A stretch of DNA of 64,000 nt from Octopus vulgaris (GCA_951406725.2 OX597835.1:12214001-12278000), one strand, 5' to 3'. Counted from the stretch's first letter, positions 1 through 12,984 are shown. The notes: generated by a model not told the origin, from the sequence alone. Program-made: numbers and translations.

Positions 1-440
1 TTCACCAGCATGGGGTTAGTTTCTGACAAATGACGTCTACTAGATGATAACTTAACTATAAATAAAATATATCATTATTGATATGTTGATATGTTAACAG
101 AAAGTCCATCTCTCAGATGTAACATCATTTTCGTGCGCCTGCATATTGAAAGAAAAAAATATGTTTTTAATACACAACGTCCCTGAGCTTTAAATAAGAT
201 TTTATCGTCAGAAATATAGTCCAAGATGACCTGACAATTCGGATTTTCGTTCCTTGAATCATAATAATAAGAAGAATTACATACATTACCGACCACAGTT
301 GATTTCAATTAGATTATTTGGTGTTTGTAATACAGAGAAATTTAATAAAATCGGTGCGAATCTTCTCGGTAAAATTAACGTGGCAAACATTTTACCCTTC
401 CGCTAGTCCCCTTTATAGAATCCAATTTCTTCATATGAAT

Positions 441-828
<388 letters not shown>

Positions 829-1323
829 ATGATTTTGTTTTGCGTGACAATTTCAAATGTATCTCATAGAGCCTTTTTAGTTTATCTTCGCCTTTTTCTT
901 TCCTCTCTATTATACAATAATCATAGAAGTCAATATCTCTTTGCGTTTAAGATTTCGATCGCTATTCAGCATTTCTTCTTTACTCAGACGTAATTAGAGT
1001 TATAAATAAGATCAATGTACAAAATGTATCTATACAGCACGAAACTCATCCCTATGGCGAATCATGTCCCAACTTGTAGCGATTAATAAGATATAAATAA
1101 CATTTGAACATATTAAAGTTCAAGATATTTCTCTTAAAATCGTTATTAAATAGAATGGTTGTATACTGTCAATCTAACAAGAACGTGATAGTAGGGAGTA
1201 CACCACCGCTGTATAGCCCTAGGAAGCATCGAACGCCTCCTGATGGCTTTGACACATTTTTCCCTGTGTCCTTATATACATATACGAAGGGGAGACAAAC
1301 ACCCCCGGCTGCCGAAACTGCAT

Positions 1324-1367
1324 CTAGGGACACGTGTTTCAGGATCGTTGTCCTTCATCGGCCTAAG
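1324..1367 (-). ncRNA. Minimal type I hammerhead-ribozyme-like motif (Penelope/retrozyme type), CCGAUGA variant core
   Basis: Minus strand: ttagg-CCGATGA-agga(caacga)tcct-GAAAC-acgt-GTC-cctag. Stem I ttagg/cctag, 4-bp stem II, palindromic ACACGTGT stem III, GUC cleavage triplet. Confidence 0.7.
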
Positions 1368-1587
1368 ACACAGTAAGAGGGCAGAGAATAGCTGAAAATA
1401 TTTTATAGATTATTCATAAAACTGTAAGTGGGGAAGCGTCATGTCGGTAAAAATCGCTCAGGTTTGGTTGGATCTGTACATTTACGAGGTCTTCATATTT
1501 AGATCAAAAGGTACAGAGAAATAAGTATTGAGAAGCTAAGACGTTCGACATTCTAAGGCGAAGTATAAATCAGATTTAGGAACAGTA

Positions 1588-1768
1588 ATATCGGTTTCGA
1601 ATTTTGGCACAAGGCCAGCAATTTCGAGAGAGAATTCTCAACTGGTACATATTTTAACTATCCCTAAGTTGACCTGGGCCGAATTTGAACCTAAAACGTG
1701 AAGATAGACGAAATGATGCAAAGCATATTGGACGGTATCTTAACAATTCTGCCAACTGGTCACCCTTA
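1588..1768 (-). mobile_element. SINE family C (C2-type tail), degraded
   Basis: ttttggcacaaggccagcaatttc...actggtac...gttgacctgggccgaatttgaac...tctgccaactggtcaccctt resembles other C copies. Confidence 0.75.
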
Positions 1769-2492
1769 GGTAAGACAAGTAATATTCACTCATGAAGTGA
1801 GTCGGCTTCAGACAGTTCGAAGTTTTGGCTCAGGGAGTAAGTGACTCCAATATTCTCACCATTAGAATTCTTCATCGATAAAAAATATCAAACTACCGAA
1901 GTCTCTAATGATTAACTTCAACCTAAAATATACTTACGAGATATGAGAAGAAAAATGAGAAAACATCAAAAAATAAATTCAGGGTAGTACCTTGCCCCAA
2001 GAATATATGATGAACTCCACTTTTTGTTGTTCTTTGCTTTTTTATTGTTGTTGTTTTTTGCTGGGGGTGTTGTTTTGATTTTATGTTTTGTTTGGTCTTT
2101 TGCCATCCTCTGTATGAAAATTTAATGATTTAAAATTGGCATAATACTCTCTAGTGGGTATCGAATATTTTGGCATTTATGCCAAAATATCTAAGCCTAA
2201 AGAGATTTGGCTTCAAGTATGATTTGAACATTTTTACAATATCGACGAGCCAGTAACTTAATTTTGTTTTTCTAAAACATTCTCCAATCATTGAGTAGAT
2301 AACAGAATACGATTTCGTCGATTCCGAAAGGGCGAAAGTCAAAGTCAAGTGTCGTCTGCTTCGAGTTAAAAATGTAGACGAACAAAATTCAGTTTTGTAA
2401 ATCATTTTGTTAAATGCTGAATTGTTTTGTCTTATATTTTTATGCTTTTCTGACCCTTTATAAACATTGATTTATTGACAATAACGACATTT

Positions 2493-3141
2493 TATCAGGT
2501 CATCCCATAAGTTCTGTCCGAATTTTGAATAAAGAAAACAAGCGATCAAATGCTATATTTAACTGAAATTTAATCATTAATGTACTTTCCCTGATTATCT
2601 ATGACTTCCTTCCATCTATTTACAAGCTTTTTAATCCCATCAATGTAAAACTCTTTTGGTTTCAAAGCGAAGAACTCGGAAATGTTAGTTTCGACCTCCT
2701 CTTGGTTTGCGAAAGTTATGTCCCCTAAATGATTCTGTAAACTTCAAAACAAATGGTAGTCTGAAGGAGCAAGGTCGGGAGAATAAGGTGGATGAGGAAT
2801 CGAAAGCTTTTGGACGACCCTCCTTTGGCTCGTCGTCTAAGCTGAAATTCCCACCTCCTGTACTTCCTTTCATTCATTATATCATCTCCATAAGTAATAC
2901 GAATGGGTTTTGCTGCTGCACTCGCATTGACACCTTTATGAAACTCGGAGAGTAAAGCGTATCTAACGTGTTGGGACGAATATCAAAGAAGATTGGAAAC
3001 AATATTCTTTTAACCTGAAAGAAGAAAATATTGATTACCCATTGTTTCATGCCATGATTGATAAGATGAGACAATACTTTCAGAAATGTCGTCTAACATT
3101 TCATTTACAAAACCAGACAAAACATTCGTTCCAGCCTGATA
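2493..3141 (-). mobile_element. Internally deleted mariner transposon
   Basis: Minus-strand translation gives a mariner N-terminus (HVRYALLSEFHKGVNASAAAKPIRITYG...GNFSLDDEPKEGRP) joined directly to the C-terminus (IPHPPYSPDLAPSDYHLF*SLQNHL...FYIDGIKKLVNRWKEVIDNQGKYIND*). Imperfect TIRs tatcagg... (2493) and ...cctgata (3141), both ending in TA. Confidence 0.88.
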
Positions 3142-4202
3142 ATTTTAAACATATTTAGAATTCAAAATGGCCGCCCTTTTCTTTCATTGCGGCCTTTAAT
3201 TTTTTTTTCGACCGCTTTATCAACTCACAATTCTTTAAGCCAAACATTTTGAATGTTACAATTTGTTTATGTTTTTTTTTATATTTTGTTAACCGCCATT
3301 TTTAATTAACGCTAAACAATAAAACAAAAAATGTTAGGAAGCGTTATACAATATTTAGTTACCATTTTCGAATAAGGATGTTTCAATTTATCTTTGAATA
3401 ACAGGTAAATTATTATGCTTAAATCAATGGTAGTTATATTTCCCACACCCGGTACGTCTCTGCTTCTTGTTATTTCTCCCCTTTGGAGGTCATGCAACAT
3501 AGTTCAACCCAACAATACTTCAACCGATTATGTAGATCGCAATTACCAACTCATTTTTCTCTATTATTCTATTATTCCTGACAACAATCATATGTTTTGT
3601 AAACAAAATAATAACAATGGCTACTAGTAGGACCATAATGGTAAATAGAATTAAGTCGAATCATAGTTTCCATCTCCGTTTCTATTTTTCACTTCTTGTA
3701 TCCAACATCTTGCTAAATTGATATTATCATATCTTAATTTCGTTATACCCTTGTTGTATTCTTGGAAAAGCAATTTATCATAATCTCTGGAAGGCAATTA
3801 ATACTGACACCGACGTGTATTTCCCCGTCAGGAGATGCATAAACAAATAAATAAGAGCGCAAAATAATCTGGAGTCATGCACTTATCCGAAACAAGACAA
3901 CATCCTGTTAATTTTAAAAAATCATGATTTATACGTAGATATAAACACATACACATACTCATATATATATATATATGCTATGACATCATTGCATTCTCTT
4001 TTGTGTTTACAACGTTTAGGAATATTTCCAGAGGATTCTAATGCTGTTTTACAATCGTTCGAACATTGCTAAAAAGAACATTATGACGCCACATAGATTT
4101 AGATATGCGGAATGAGCTGCGAACAACTGGAAAAGCACTCAATACTGAAATAAAGTATAAGTACTTATTATACAAACACACACATGCATATGTGTGTGTG
4201 TG

Positions 4203-4252
<50 letters not shown>

Positions 4253-4447
4253 TATATATACATATCTAAACATGAACATATACAAACAGAAGATACAAAT
4301 ATTACAGGCATCCCCCCACATACACACACTAAATAAACATAGACGCACATAGAGATATAAGCATGCGCAAATGAAGACATACAATAGAAATACAAAATGG
4401 CTGACGGTTAGTAAAGAGAGACACAAATAAGTAAGAAGAAAACAAAG

Positions 4448-4491
4448 GACCACTGATGCGGTCACAGGAGTGTGACGAAAGAACTCTGGTC
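4448..4491 (+). ncRNA. Minimal type I hammerhead-ribozyme-like motif, degenerate core
   Basis: gacca-CTGATGCG-gtcaca(ggag)tgtgac-GAAAG-aa-CTC-tggtc. Perfect 5-bp stem I and 6-bp stem II; core has A9>C. Confidence 0.6.
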
Positions 4492-4675
4492 GAAATAAAA
4501 TTAAGAATAATGTAAAAAATAAATAGCACTGAAGCAAAATAACACCAAATATATAGTGCGTGTGTTTTTATTGGCTAAACTGGCAATATGACCATTCCGA
4601 AATATTACAATATCTGTTTCAACACACGACTTCACATAAAAAATCTTGCACAGCAAATATATATATAAATACATA

Positions 4676-4723
<48 letters not shown>

Positions 4724-4836
4724 TATATACATATATATATACATACACATATATATGTGCGTATATATATATATATGTGCATAGAAAAGTCAAGGGCTTT
4801 GCGTTCCGTTACTTAAAAAAATATATATATATATAT

Positions 4837-4946
4837 GGCCTGCCCGCTTAGCCAGCGGGGTGACGTCATTCGAAGGCTAAAACAATGCGAAGCGCATTGT
4901 GACCAGCGATATGTAGCAACATCTGATAGACTGGTCGGTCACGATG
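4837..4946 (+). other. GC-rich, highly structured ~110-nt insert within (TA)n, probably a retroelement 3' end
   Basis: Hairpin cccgct/agcggg whose loop (tagcc) is complementary to downstream ggcta; hairpin acaatgcg/cgcattgt; stem gaccag/ctggtc. Flanked by (TA)n on both sides. Confidence 0.45.
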
Positions 4947-5024
<78 letters not shown>

Positions 5025-5029
5025 CCATA

Positions 5030-5108
5030 CTTGTCATCCCTGAAGAGTACTGTATTAGATAACCTTATAACCGTTCTCTTATCTAGCATCCAGTGCGAAA
5101 CCGACAAG
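5030..5108 (+). ncRNA. Hammerhead-like motif with extended stem II and deleted cleavage site
   Basis: cttgtc..-CTGAAGA-gtactg..tagataa...ttatcta..cagtgc-GAAAC-c-gacaag. Canonical core and stem II, cttgtc/gacaag stem I, NUH segment missing. Confidence 0.6.
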
Positions 5109-5244
5109 ATCGGCTGTAATGGATTTATAATACCTTAAATTTTGTTTAACATACATATGATATATATTTATGTATGTTAATATGTATATAGGCGAGTATG
5201 TATTTATATTATATAACTATATATTTAAATGTATGTTTGCATAA

Positions 5245-5731
<487 letters not shown>

Positions 5732-5973
5732 GAAGAGAGAGAGACAAGATTTTATCCAGACAGTGTTGTCAACAACAACTTATCAATTCCCCCGGTTCTA
5801 AAAATCTGAATAGGTATTAATTAAATAAAGGATGAAAACTTCACATGAAATATATTATTATCAAATGAAATTCATGAAAATATTTACAGCACATGTTATT
5901 GATAACATCCTGTTTAGCATGTTATAAACCAAAGAAAAAAAATCTAACATGCAACCAACAAAGTTAGATCAAA

Positions 5974-6306
5974 GATATATCTTAGTGTTGGATCACTAAC
6001 ACATTTTAAAATATGAATATTAAATTGATTTATATAACATTAGGTATAGATTAGTAGTATATTATAAACAAGTTTTGGAGGAATATAATATATAGTGTGC
6101 ACTAAGAAAGGCTAGAGTTAACCCTAAACTTACTTCTGTGATATATCTTAGTGTTGGATCACTAACACATTTTAAATTATGAATATTAAATTGATTTATA
6201 TAACATTAGGTATAGATTAGTAGTATATTATAAACAAGTTTTGGAGGAATATAACATATAGTGTGCACGAAGAAAGGCTAGAGTTAACCCTAAACTTACT
6301 TCTGTG
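5974..6306. repeat. Tandem duplication, 166-bp unit x2
   Basis: gatatatcttagtgttggatcac...cttacttctgt begins at 5974 and 6140, with only a few substitutions. Confidence 0.92.
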
Positions 6307-6429
6307 TAATATCCGTATGCCCTTACTCACCGATGTTTTAAGTGATAAATGGTTTCTTGGTAACGAGTATTTTGTTTCAAAAAATGAGAAATTTTTTTGA
6401 AAATCGTATCCTTGTTTATGAAGATAAAT

Positions 6430-6852
6430 GCTGGGAAAATGACCGAAAGAGTATGATCATGCATACAAGAGGCCGAAATGGGGCTTCTCGGAATGATTTC
6501 TAGTGTAACGTTACTCGTTAAGATGCTTAGCTCGGTTTCCAGGGATTATCTCCAGATTAAGCTTTTGCTTCTCTGTATTGAGAGGTCACTGTTTTGGTAC
6601 TATGGACTTGTGATTAGAACAGGAAAGAATCGCAAGAGGGGTTCCTCGAGCGCAGCCAACCGGTAGGAGACCTAAGACAGACCGTGAACGAAATGGTTGG
6701 ATAATATCCAAAATCTTAGTTAGTCGCGTTGGGGAATCCAACCGGAAATTCTAATGGTGACTACTTCTGATAGGACGCCATAAGGGAGATGCTTTAGGAC
6801 TCTAACCCCACAACCCTCCCATGAATAGTGAGCGGAGAAAATAGATGGATGG
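6430..6852 (+). mobile_element. RTE-clade LINE 3' fragment, degraded
   Basis: Frameshifted translation IERSLFWYYGLVIR..ERIARGV..AQPTGRRP..RP.TKWLDNI matches the RTE ORF C-terminus (RW.GHV.R...G.R..GRP..RW.D). Ends in a gatggatgg tail. Confidence 0.75.
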
Positions 6853-7057
6853 TATCAATGATCCTTGTTTTACCAAATATATTAGCGTTATGACTGTGGT
6901 GGAACATCTTCATTGAAAAAATTTAAGCCGATTGTCGTTTCCTTTCACTTATAATCACTTACATAGCGCGGGAAACTTTAAATACCCTTCGCTATAAATG
7001 TAACATAAGTACAAATTTAATGAGAGAAGGTTAATCAGTTAATCGATTAATGGTTCC

Positions 7058-7439
7058 TGGGAAGCACTCCGTCGGTTACGACGACGAGGGTTCCGCTTGA
7101 TCCGATCAACGGAACAGCCTGCTCGTGAAATTAACGTGTAAGTGGCTGAGCACTCCAGACACGTGTACCCTTAACGTAGTTCTCGGGGATATTCAGCGTG
7201 ACACAGAGAGTGACAAGGCCGGCCCTTTGAAATACAGGTACAACAGAAACAGGAAGTAAGAGTGAGAGAAAGTTGTGGTGAAAGAGTACAGCAGGGATCA
7301 CCACCATCCCCTGCCGGAGCCTCGTGGAGCTTTTAGGTGTTTTCGCTCAATAAACACTCACAACGCCCGATCTGGGAATCGAAACCGCGATCCTACGACC
7401 GCGAGTCCGCTACCCTAACCACTGGGCCATTGCGCCTCC
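7058..7439 (-). mobile_element. SINE family A (tRNA-derived head, ~385 bp), full length, inserted into an old family C copy
   Basis: Head GGAGGCGCAATGGCCCAGTGGTTAGGG..GGTTTCGATTCCC (Pol III A/B boxes). TSD cgattaatgg(t/a)tcc at 7044-7057 and 7439-7452. Degraded C sequence resumes at 7440-7600. Confidence 0.92.
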
Positions 7440-8262
7440 GATTAATGGATCCAGTAGTTGACTGGTACTGAATTTTACTGCTCAAAATAAAAAGAATAAA
7501 GACGGAGTTGACATCGGAAGAATTTGAATTCAGAATGCAAAGCGCTGGCATAAATAAAGCCAAGTTATTTTCGTCTGCTATTCTAACGATTTTGCCACTC
7601 CACAACCCTTGTTATTAATACTTCCTTTTAAATAAATAATCACATTTTTTTAATGTGGTGTTTAATAACTTTTAACAAATGGAAACTGAAAATGGAAGAA
7701 AATAATCAGTCTCTGCATGTGATTCTCAATAAGTTTAGTCCTACATTACATCCAATGTTATTTCTATTTTAATAATGATTCTTTATCAGCACCCGAACAA
7801 GAGTATGAGAGATTTTCAAATATTTTAGAGTAATTATTTTTGATAATCGTTTGGTGTCGCTAGTTTAGAAGAGGAAATAAAGAAAAGAAATTTATAAACA
7901 TTAATGGTATTCATACAAAAGAGAAAAATAAACATTCTCTACGCAAAGGAAATGTGTTGAAGAATTTAATAGAAAATATGTTGAAGAATTTAGTTAAATT
8001 CAATTCTATTAATGATTTTATGATAGTGAATTGTTGCTTAAACTGTGTTGAATTTCTCCTGTGCATGTAGGTATAGACATAAGGGAAACTCTGACCCTTG
8101 AGGGGCCTAGATTGCCCAATACATCCAAATATGCGATAGGCATTAAGACCCTATTCTCAAGAGTTGTCATTAGCATTAATGAAGTTTCCTTTCATTCTGG
8201 GCGTAATTACATTTCACTATATTTACCATATTCCTTAACTATTCTGTATATATATATATACG

Positions 8263-8297
<35 letters not shown>

Positions 8298-8512
8298 CCA
8301 AAATGGAAGCGAACACAAGAAAATTTCCCCAATTTTTTAACATGAAACCAATGGTAGCCTTAATTCACAAATAAAGAAATTATATCCACCGATACGGTGT
8401 TGAACACTCATTTCCATCATTCGACGTGTGTGTGTGTTGTATGTATGTATGTATGTATGTATGTATGTATGTATGTATGTATGTATGTATGTATGTATGT
8501 GTGTGTGTATGC

Positions 8513-8565
<53 letters not shown>

Positions 8566-8568
<3 letters not shown>

Positions 8569-8735
8569 CAACAACGTGAGGACTTGGAATAAGTACAGTA
8601 TTATCGAACGCTCAGGAAAGGAAAGAAAACAGAGAGGATTTCACGTTTCGAGCGGAGCTCTTCAGAAATATAGAAAAGTCCAAAGAAGGGAAGACGGAGA
8701 AGGAAAATCGCCAACGATACACACGCGGTCACATA
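8566..8735 (-). mobile_element. Penelope-like terminal-repeat remnant with degenerate hammerhead core (family E)
   Basis: Minus strand ctgaagagc-tcc-gctcgaaacg; related to 40135-40338, 49987-50077, 51669-51850 and 63540-63640; abuts (TA)n. Confidence 0.5.
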
Positions 8736-8883
8736 TTGCAATGACCGGAAGGGAACGGGTGAAGAAAAAGTTATTTCTAAGACAGAAGAGTGCAAGAGAA
8801 GGAGGTATGTGTGTGTATGTGTGGATATGTGCATGCGCACAGGTCTCTGTGTGTGTGTATATATATGTATGTATATGTGTATG

Positions 8884-8934
<51 letters not shown>

Positions 8935-8943
<9 letters not shown>

Positions 8944-8999
8944 AATATATTTGCATACAGTATAAAAAATACAGAATGCTAAGAGAATAGAGTTTCTTG

Positions 9000-9055
<56 letters not shown>

Positions 9056-9111
9056 AATATATTTGCATACAGTATAAAAAATACAGAATGCTAAGAGAAT
9101 AGAGTTTCTTG

Positions 9112-9167
<56 letters not shown>

Positions 9168-9223
9168 AATATATTTGCATACAGTATAAAAAATACAGAA
9201 TGCTAAGAGAATAGAGTTTCTTG

Positions 9224-9289
<66 letters not shown>
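8935..9289. repeat. Tandem array of a ~112-bp unit (unique core plus (TA)n) x3
   Basis: acacacaaatatatttgcatacagtataaaaaatacagaatgctaagagaatagagtttcttgtatataaa(ta)n occurs three times. Confidence 0.92.
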
Positions 9290-9291
<2 letters not shown>

Positions 9292-9799
9292 ACAAAAAAT
9301 GCATATATAGAAACGCATACATCTGTTAGCTATGTGAAAATGTGAATAGGTATTAACATATGCTACACACATATTTCAGAAAATGCTGTAAGGTGTAGGA
9401 AACTCAGCTGGCAGTAATTTGACATCTTTCCAAAGGTTACCTATCTGAATACAAATAAACGATGTGCTACTAATGTTACCGTATCGTTTCCCATTCAGTT
9501 GAATCCTCACTTTAACCGCTTTTCTTCTGTAAAACTTACCGAAGCACAATTTAAAATTTTGAAAGAGGACAACATAGAAATGCTAGACGTATAGAGTAGA
9601 AAGGTTGCTGCCGGCTAAATAGGCACCTATTTGTTCTTTGAAGGTTCTGAATAAAATTGCTTCAGTCACCTTCGTCTAACCTCACGTCTTAAAATTATAT
9701 CGATCTATTTATCACGGTACAACTATGAAATTATCATTTATGAATACCTGATGCCTACGATATGTTTCGTGTGTGTGTGTGTGTGGTGTATGGGTGTGG

Positions 9800-9855
<56 letters not shown>

Positions 9856-9930
9856 ATGTATCTATAGATATTGTATATACACATGCAGGTTCGTACTTGC
9901 ATATATCTGTGTGTGCAAATTGTACGTATA

Positions 9931-9978
<48 letters not shown>

Positions 9979-9980
9979 TA

Positions 9981-10197
9981 TACGATGGGGTGCTGAGAAA
10001 TTCCTGGCTTTGAGTGAAAGAAAATACAGAAGGATCAGTTAATTATGATTTTATTCAACATATTCCTCTCTCAGATTCACACAATTATTGCAGCGGCCCT
10101 TCAGTTTTTCTCAATCCTGTAAAAGAACTCAGAAGTATGGGTCTCTAGTCAGGCCTTTCGCGACACCCCTAATCCCAGGAATTTTTCAGAACTCCCT
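9981..10197 (-). mobile_element. Mariner-derived MITE
   Basis: Imperfect TIRs ggggtgctgagaaattcctgg / ccaggaatttttcagaactccc. Minus strand retains a mariner C-terminus-like peptide RCNNCVNLREEYVE*. Confidence 0.7.
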
Positions 10198-10207
10198 TTT
10201 GTGTGCG

Positions 10208-10258
<51 letters not shown>

Positions 10259-10395
10259 ACTATAGCCTCGGGTCAACCAAAGCCTTGAGAGTGAATTTAG
10301 TAGACGGAAACTGAAAGCCTCATGTATGCAAACTTGGTCAAGTGATACACTTCAATACTTTGTGGTTAAGAGATGTTGCCGGCAGGAGTTGCTAA

Positions 10396-10796
10396 AGGCT
10401 CAGGAGTGGCGTTTGGTAAGAAGCTTGCTTCTCAACCACATGGTTCTAGGTTCAGACCCACTGCGTGGCACCTTGGGTAAGTGTTTTCTACTATAGCCTC
10501 GGGCCTACGAAAGCCTTGTGAGTGGATCAAGCAGACGGAAACTGAAAGAATCCCGTCGTATATATGCATATATATACATATGTGTGTATATTTATGTGTT
10601 TGTCCCCCCACCCCCACCGTCGCTTGACAACCGATATACGTGTGTTTATGTCCCCATAACTAAGCGATTCAGCAAAAGAGACCGATAGAATAAGTACCAA
10701 GCTTACAAAGAATAAGTCCTGGGCTCGATTTCTTCGACTAAAAGGCGGTGCTCCAGCATGACCGTAGTCAAATGACTGAAATAGGTAAAAGAGTAA
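10396..10796 (+). mobile_element. SINE family B (tRNA-like head, CORE-like block, internal microsatellite)
   Basis: caggagtggc..ggttcagaccc..ggcaccttgggtaagtg..internal (TA/TG)n..aaatgactgaaataggtaaaagag. Confidence 0.88.
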
Positions 10797-10978
10797 GGGA
10801 TATGATGCGACATTCAAAGGCATCGATTTTAAGCCCCTGCCGCCCTGTTTTCGTTTCAGGTAGATGTGGTCTACGTCACTGTTTATGTGGAAATGATGTG
10901 TGGCTGTTAGTATTTTTCGGGTTTTCACATCAATGGCTTAGACCTCATCAAGCGTCCAATCAAGCAGCCCAAATGTTG

Positions 10979-11420
10979 GTATGTATGTACGTACGTACGT
11001 ACGTATGTATGTATGTATGTATGTATGTATGTACGTACGTATGTATGTATGTATGTATGTATGTATGTATGTACGTACGTATGTATGTATGTATGTATGT
11101 ATGTATGTACGTACGTATGTATGTATGTATGTATGTATGTATGTATGTATGTATGTATGTATGCATGTATGTACGTACGTACGTACGTATGTATGTATGT
11201 ATGTATGTATGTATGCATGTACGTACGTACGTATGTATGTATGTATGTATGTATGCATGTACGTACGTACGTATGTATGTATGTATGTATGTATGTATGT
11301 ATGTATGTATGCATGCATGTACGTACGTACGTACGTACGTATGTATGTACGTATGTATGTATGTATGTATGTATGTATGTATGCATGTATGTACGTGCGT
11401 ACGTACGTATGTATGTATAT
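10979..11420. repeat. (TATG/TACG)n tetranucleotide array
   Basis: Direct reading; source of the MYVC ORFs. Confidence 0.95.
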
Positions 11421-11809
11421 GTGGGTACATATACATATGTGTGTCTGCTTCTTTGAATGTGTGTGCGTGACAGACAATTATCTGCAATTAGTGCGGTTGT
11501 GTATTTGTATAGTGACACCCTTGTGTAACACGCACTCAGACACGAGCACAAACATATACGTGTATGTGCGTGTGTATAATATATATATATATTATACATA
11601 TGTTCGCGTGTGTGTGCATGACTACGCAAATTTAATGTATTAAAAACAATAAAATATCTTTGATTGCCCCTGTCCTAAACACCTTCAAAATCAAGTCTAT
11701 TAATGATATTTAAATGCTTTTCGCTTAAAAGTATGCCAGATATAATATCTTCTCACACACTTTTAAAATGGCGATATAACACATTCGCCATTCACATCAA
11801 AGTTTTGCT

Positions 11810-12125
11810 ATTTTCTTTTTTTCCTTTTTCAATTTTTCCTTCCTTCCTTCCTTTTCCCTTCTTTTCCATTCTCTCGCTATCTTTCTCTCTTTCTGGCTGT
11901 CTCCACTTTTCTGTCTCCTCTCTCTCTCGCTTAGGCTCTCTATCTCTCTCTCTCTCTTTCTCTCTCGTTTAGGCTCTCTATCTCTCTCTTTCTCTTTCTC
12001 TTCCCCCTCTCTCTTATCTCTGTTTCTACCTCTGTGTCTCTCCCGCTTTATGTCCCTCTGTCTCTCTCTTTTTCTCCCTCTGTGTCGCTCCTTCTCTCTC
12101 TCTCTCTCCCCCTCTCTCTCTCTAC

Positions 12126-12157
<32 letters not shown>

Positions 12158-12200
12158 GGCTCTTTTTCCACACACCCCCATCTTTTCCTCTCTGCCTCTG
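11810..12200. repeat. CT-rich polypyrimidine tract
   Basis: Direct reading. Confidence 0.9.
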
Positions 12201-12984
12201 TAACAGTATATGCACTCATATATATTATGTGTATGTATGTGTGTCTGTGGGTGTGAGTATATATGTGCGTGTGTGTGTGTGAGTGTGTATATATCATCTA
12301 CGTATATGAATATGTAAATATAAGTATACATACATACACATATACATATATACATACATATCAACATACACATGTATACGCATATATTATTTATGTGTAC
12401 ATATACAGACATAAATGCATACACATATATATATACACATACATATATATACATGTATATACATAAGTGTGTATATATATATATATACACACATACGTAC
12501 ATATATTCATACATATACATAAACCTATATGTCTGTATGTATATGTAATTGCGTTTTTGCGTGTGGCTTTTTACTAGCTATGTGTGTGCGCGTCTGTGTG
12601 TAGTGTGTAAGTGTGTGTGTATGTAAGTGTGTAAGTGGGGTTTTAATTTTATTGTGCGTGTGTTTATTAATTTGCGTAAACTTAGAATAGATACAGATTT
12701 TGATTTAGTGGTTGGTAAAATTGTTCTGGAATTAAAGACACTTAGTTTCTTTGTAAACACTTGTTATTTGCTTAATAACCGTGGCTGTCATGCGAAACGG
12801 ACCGGAAAAGGTGTTTATTAAAAAGTTTTAATGGAAGGAAAGAATTTCGTTGAATCGCTGATATAACTGAATCGAAGAGTTTATCTGAAAGTTCTTTCGG
12901 CTGACCTGCAAGATCCTCTGGCAGAGAAAGAGATTCAAAAAACGCCGCGAATTTGGAAATAGAGGCGCAAAAAGTTTGTCTTTT

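Noticed and set aside
94-139. Possible minus-strand terminal exon (ttttttctttcaatatgcag|AHENDVTSERWTFC*)
   Set aside because: Acceptor is plausible, but the peptide is too short to recognise and no linked exon could be shown.
3805-3838. Minus-strand ctgacg-gg-gaaat-acac-gtc hammerhead-like string
   Set aside because: Stem II absent and core altered; cannot be told apart from chance.
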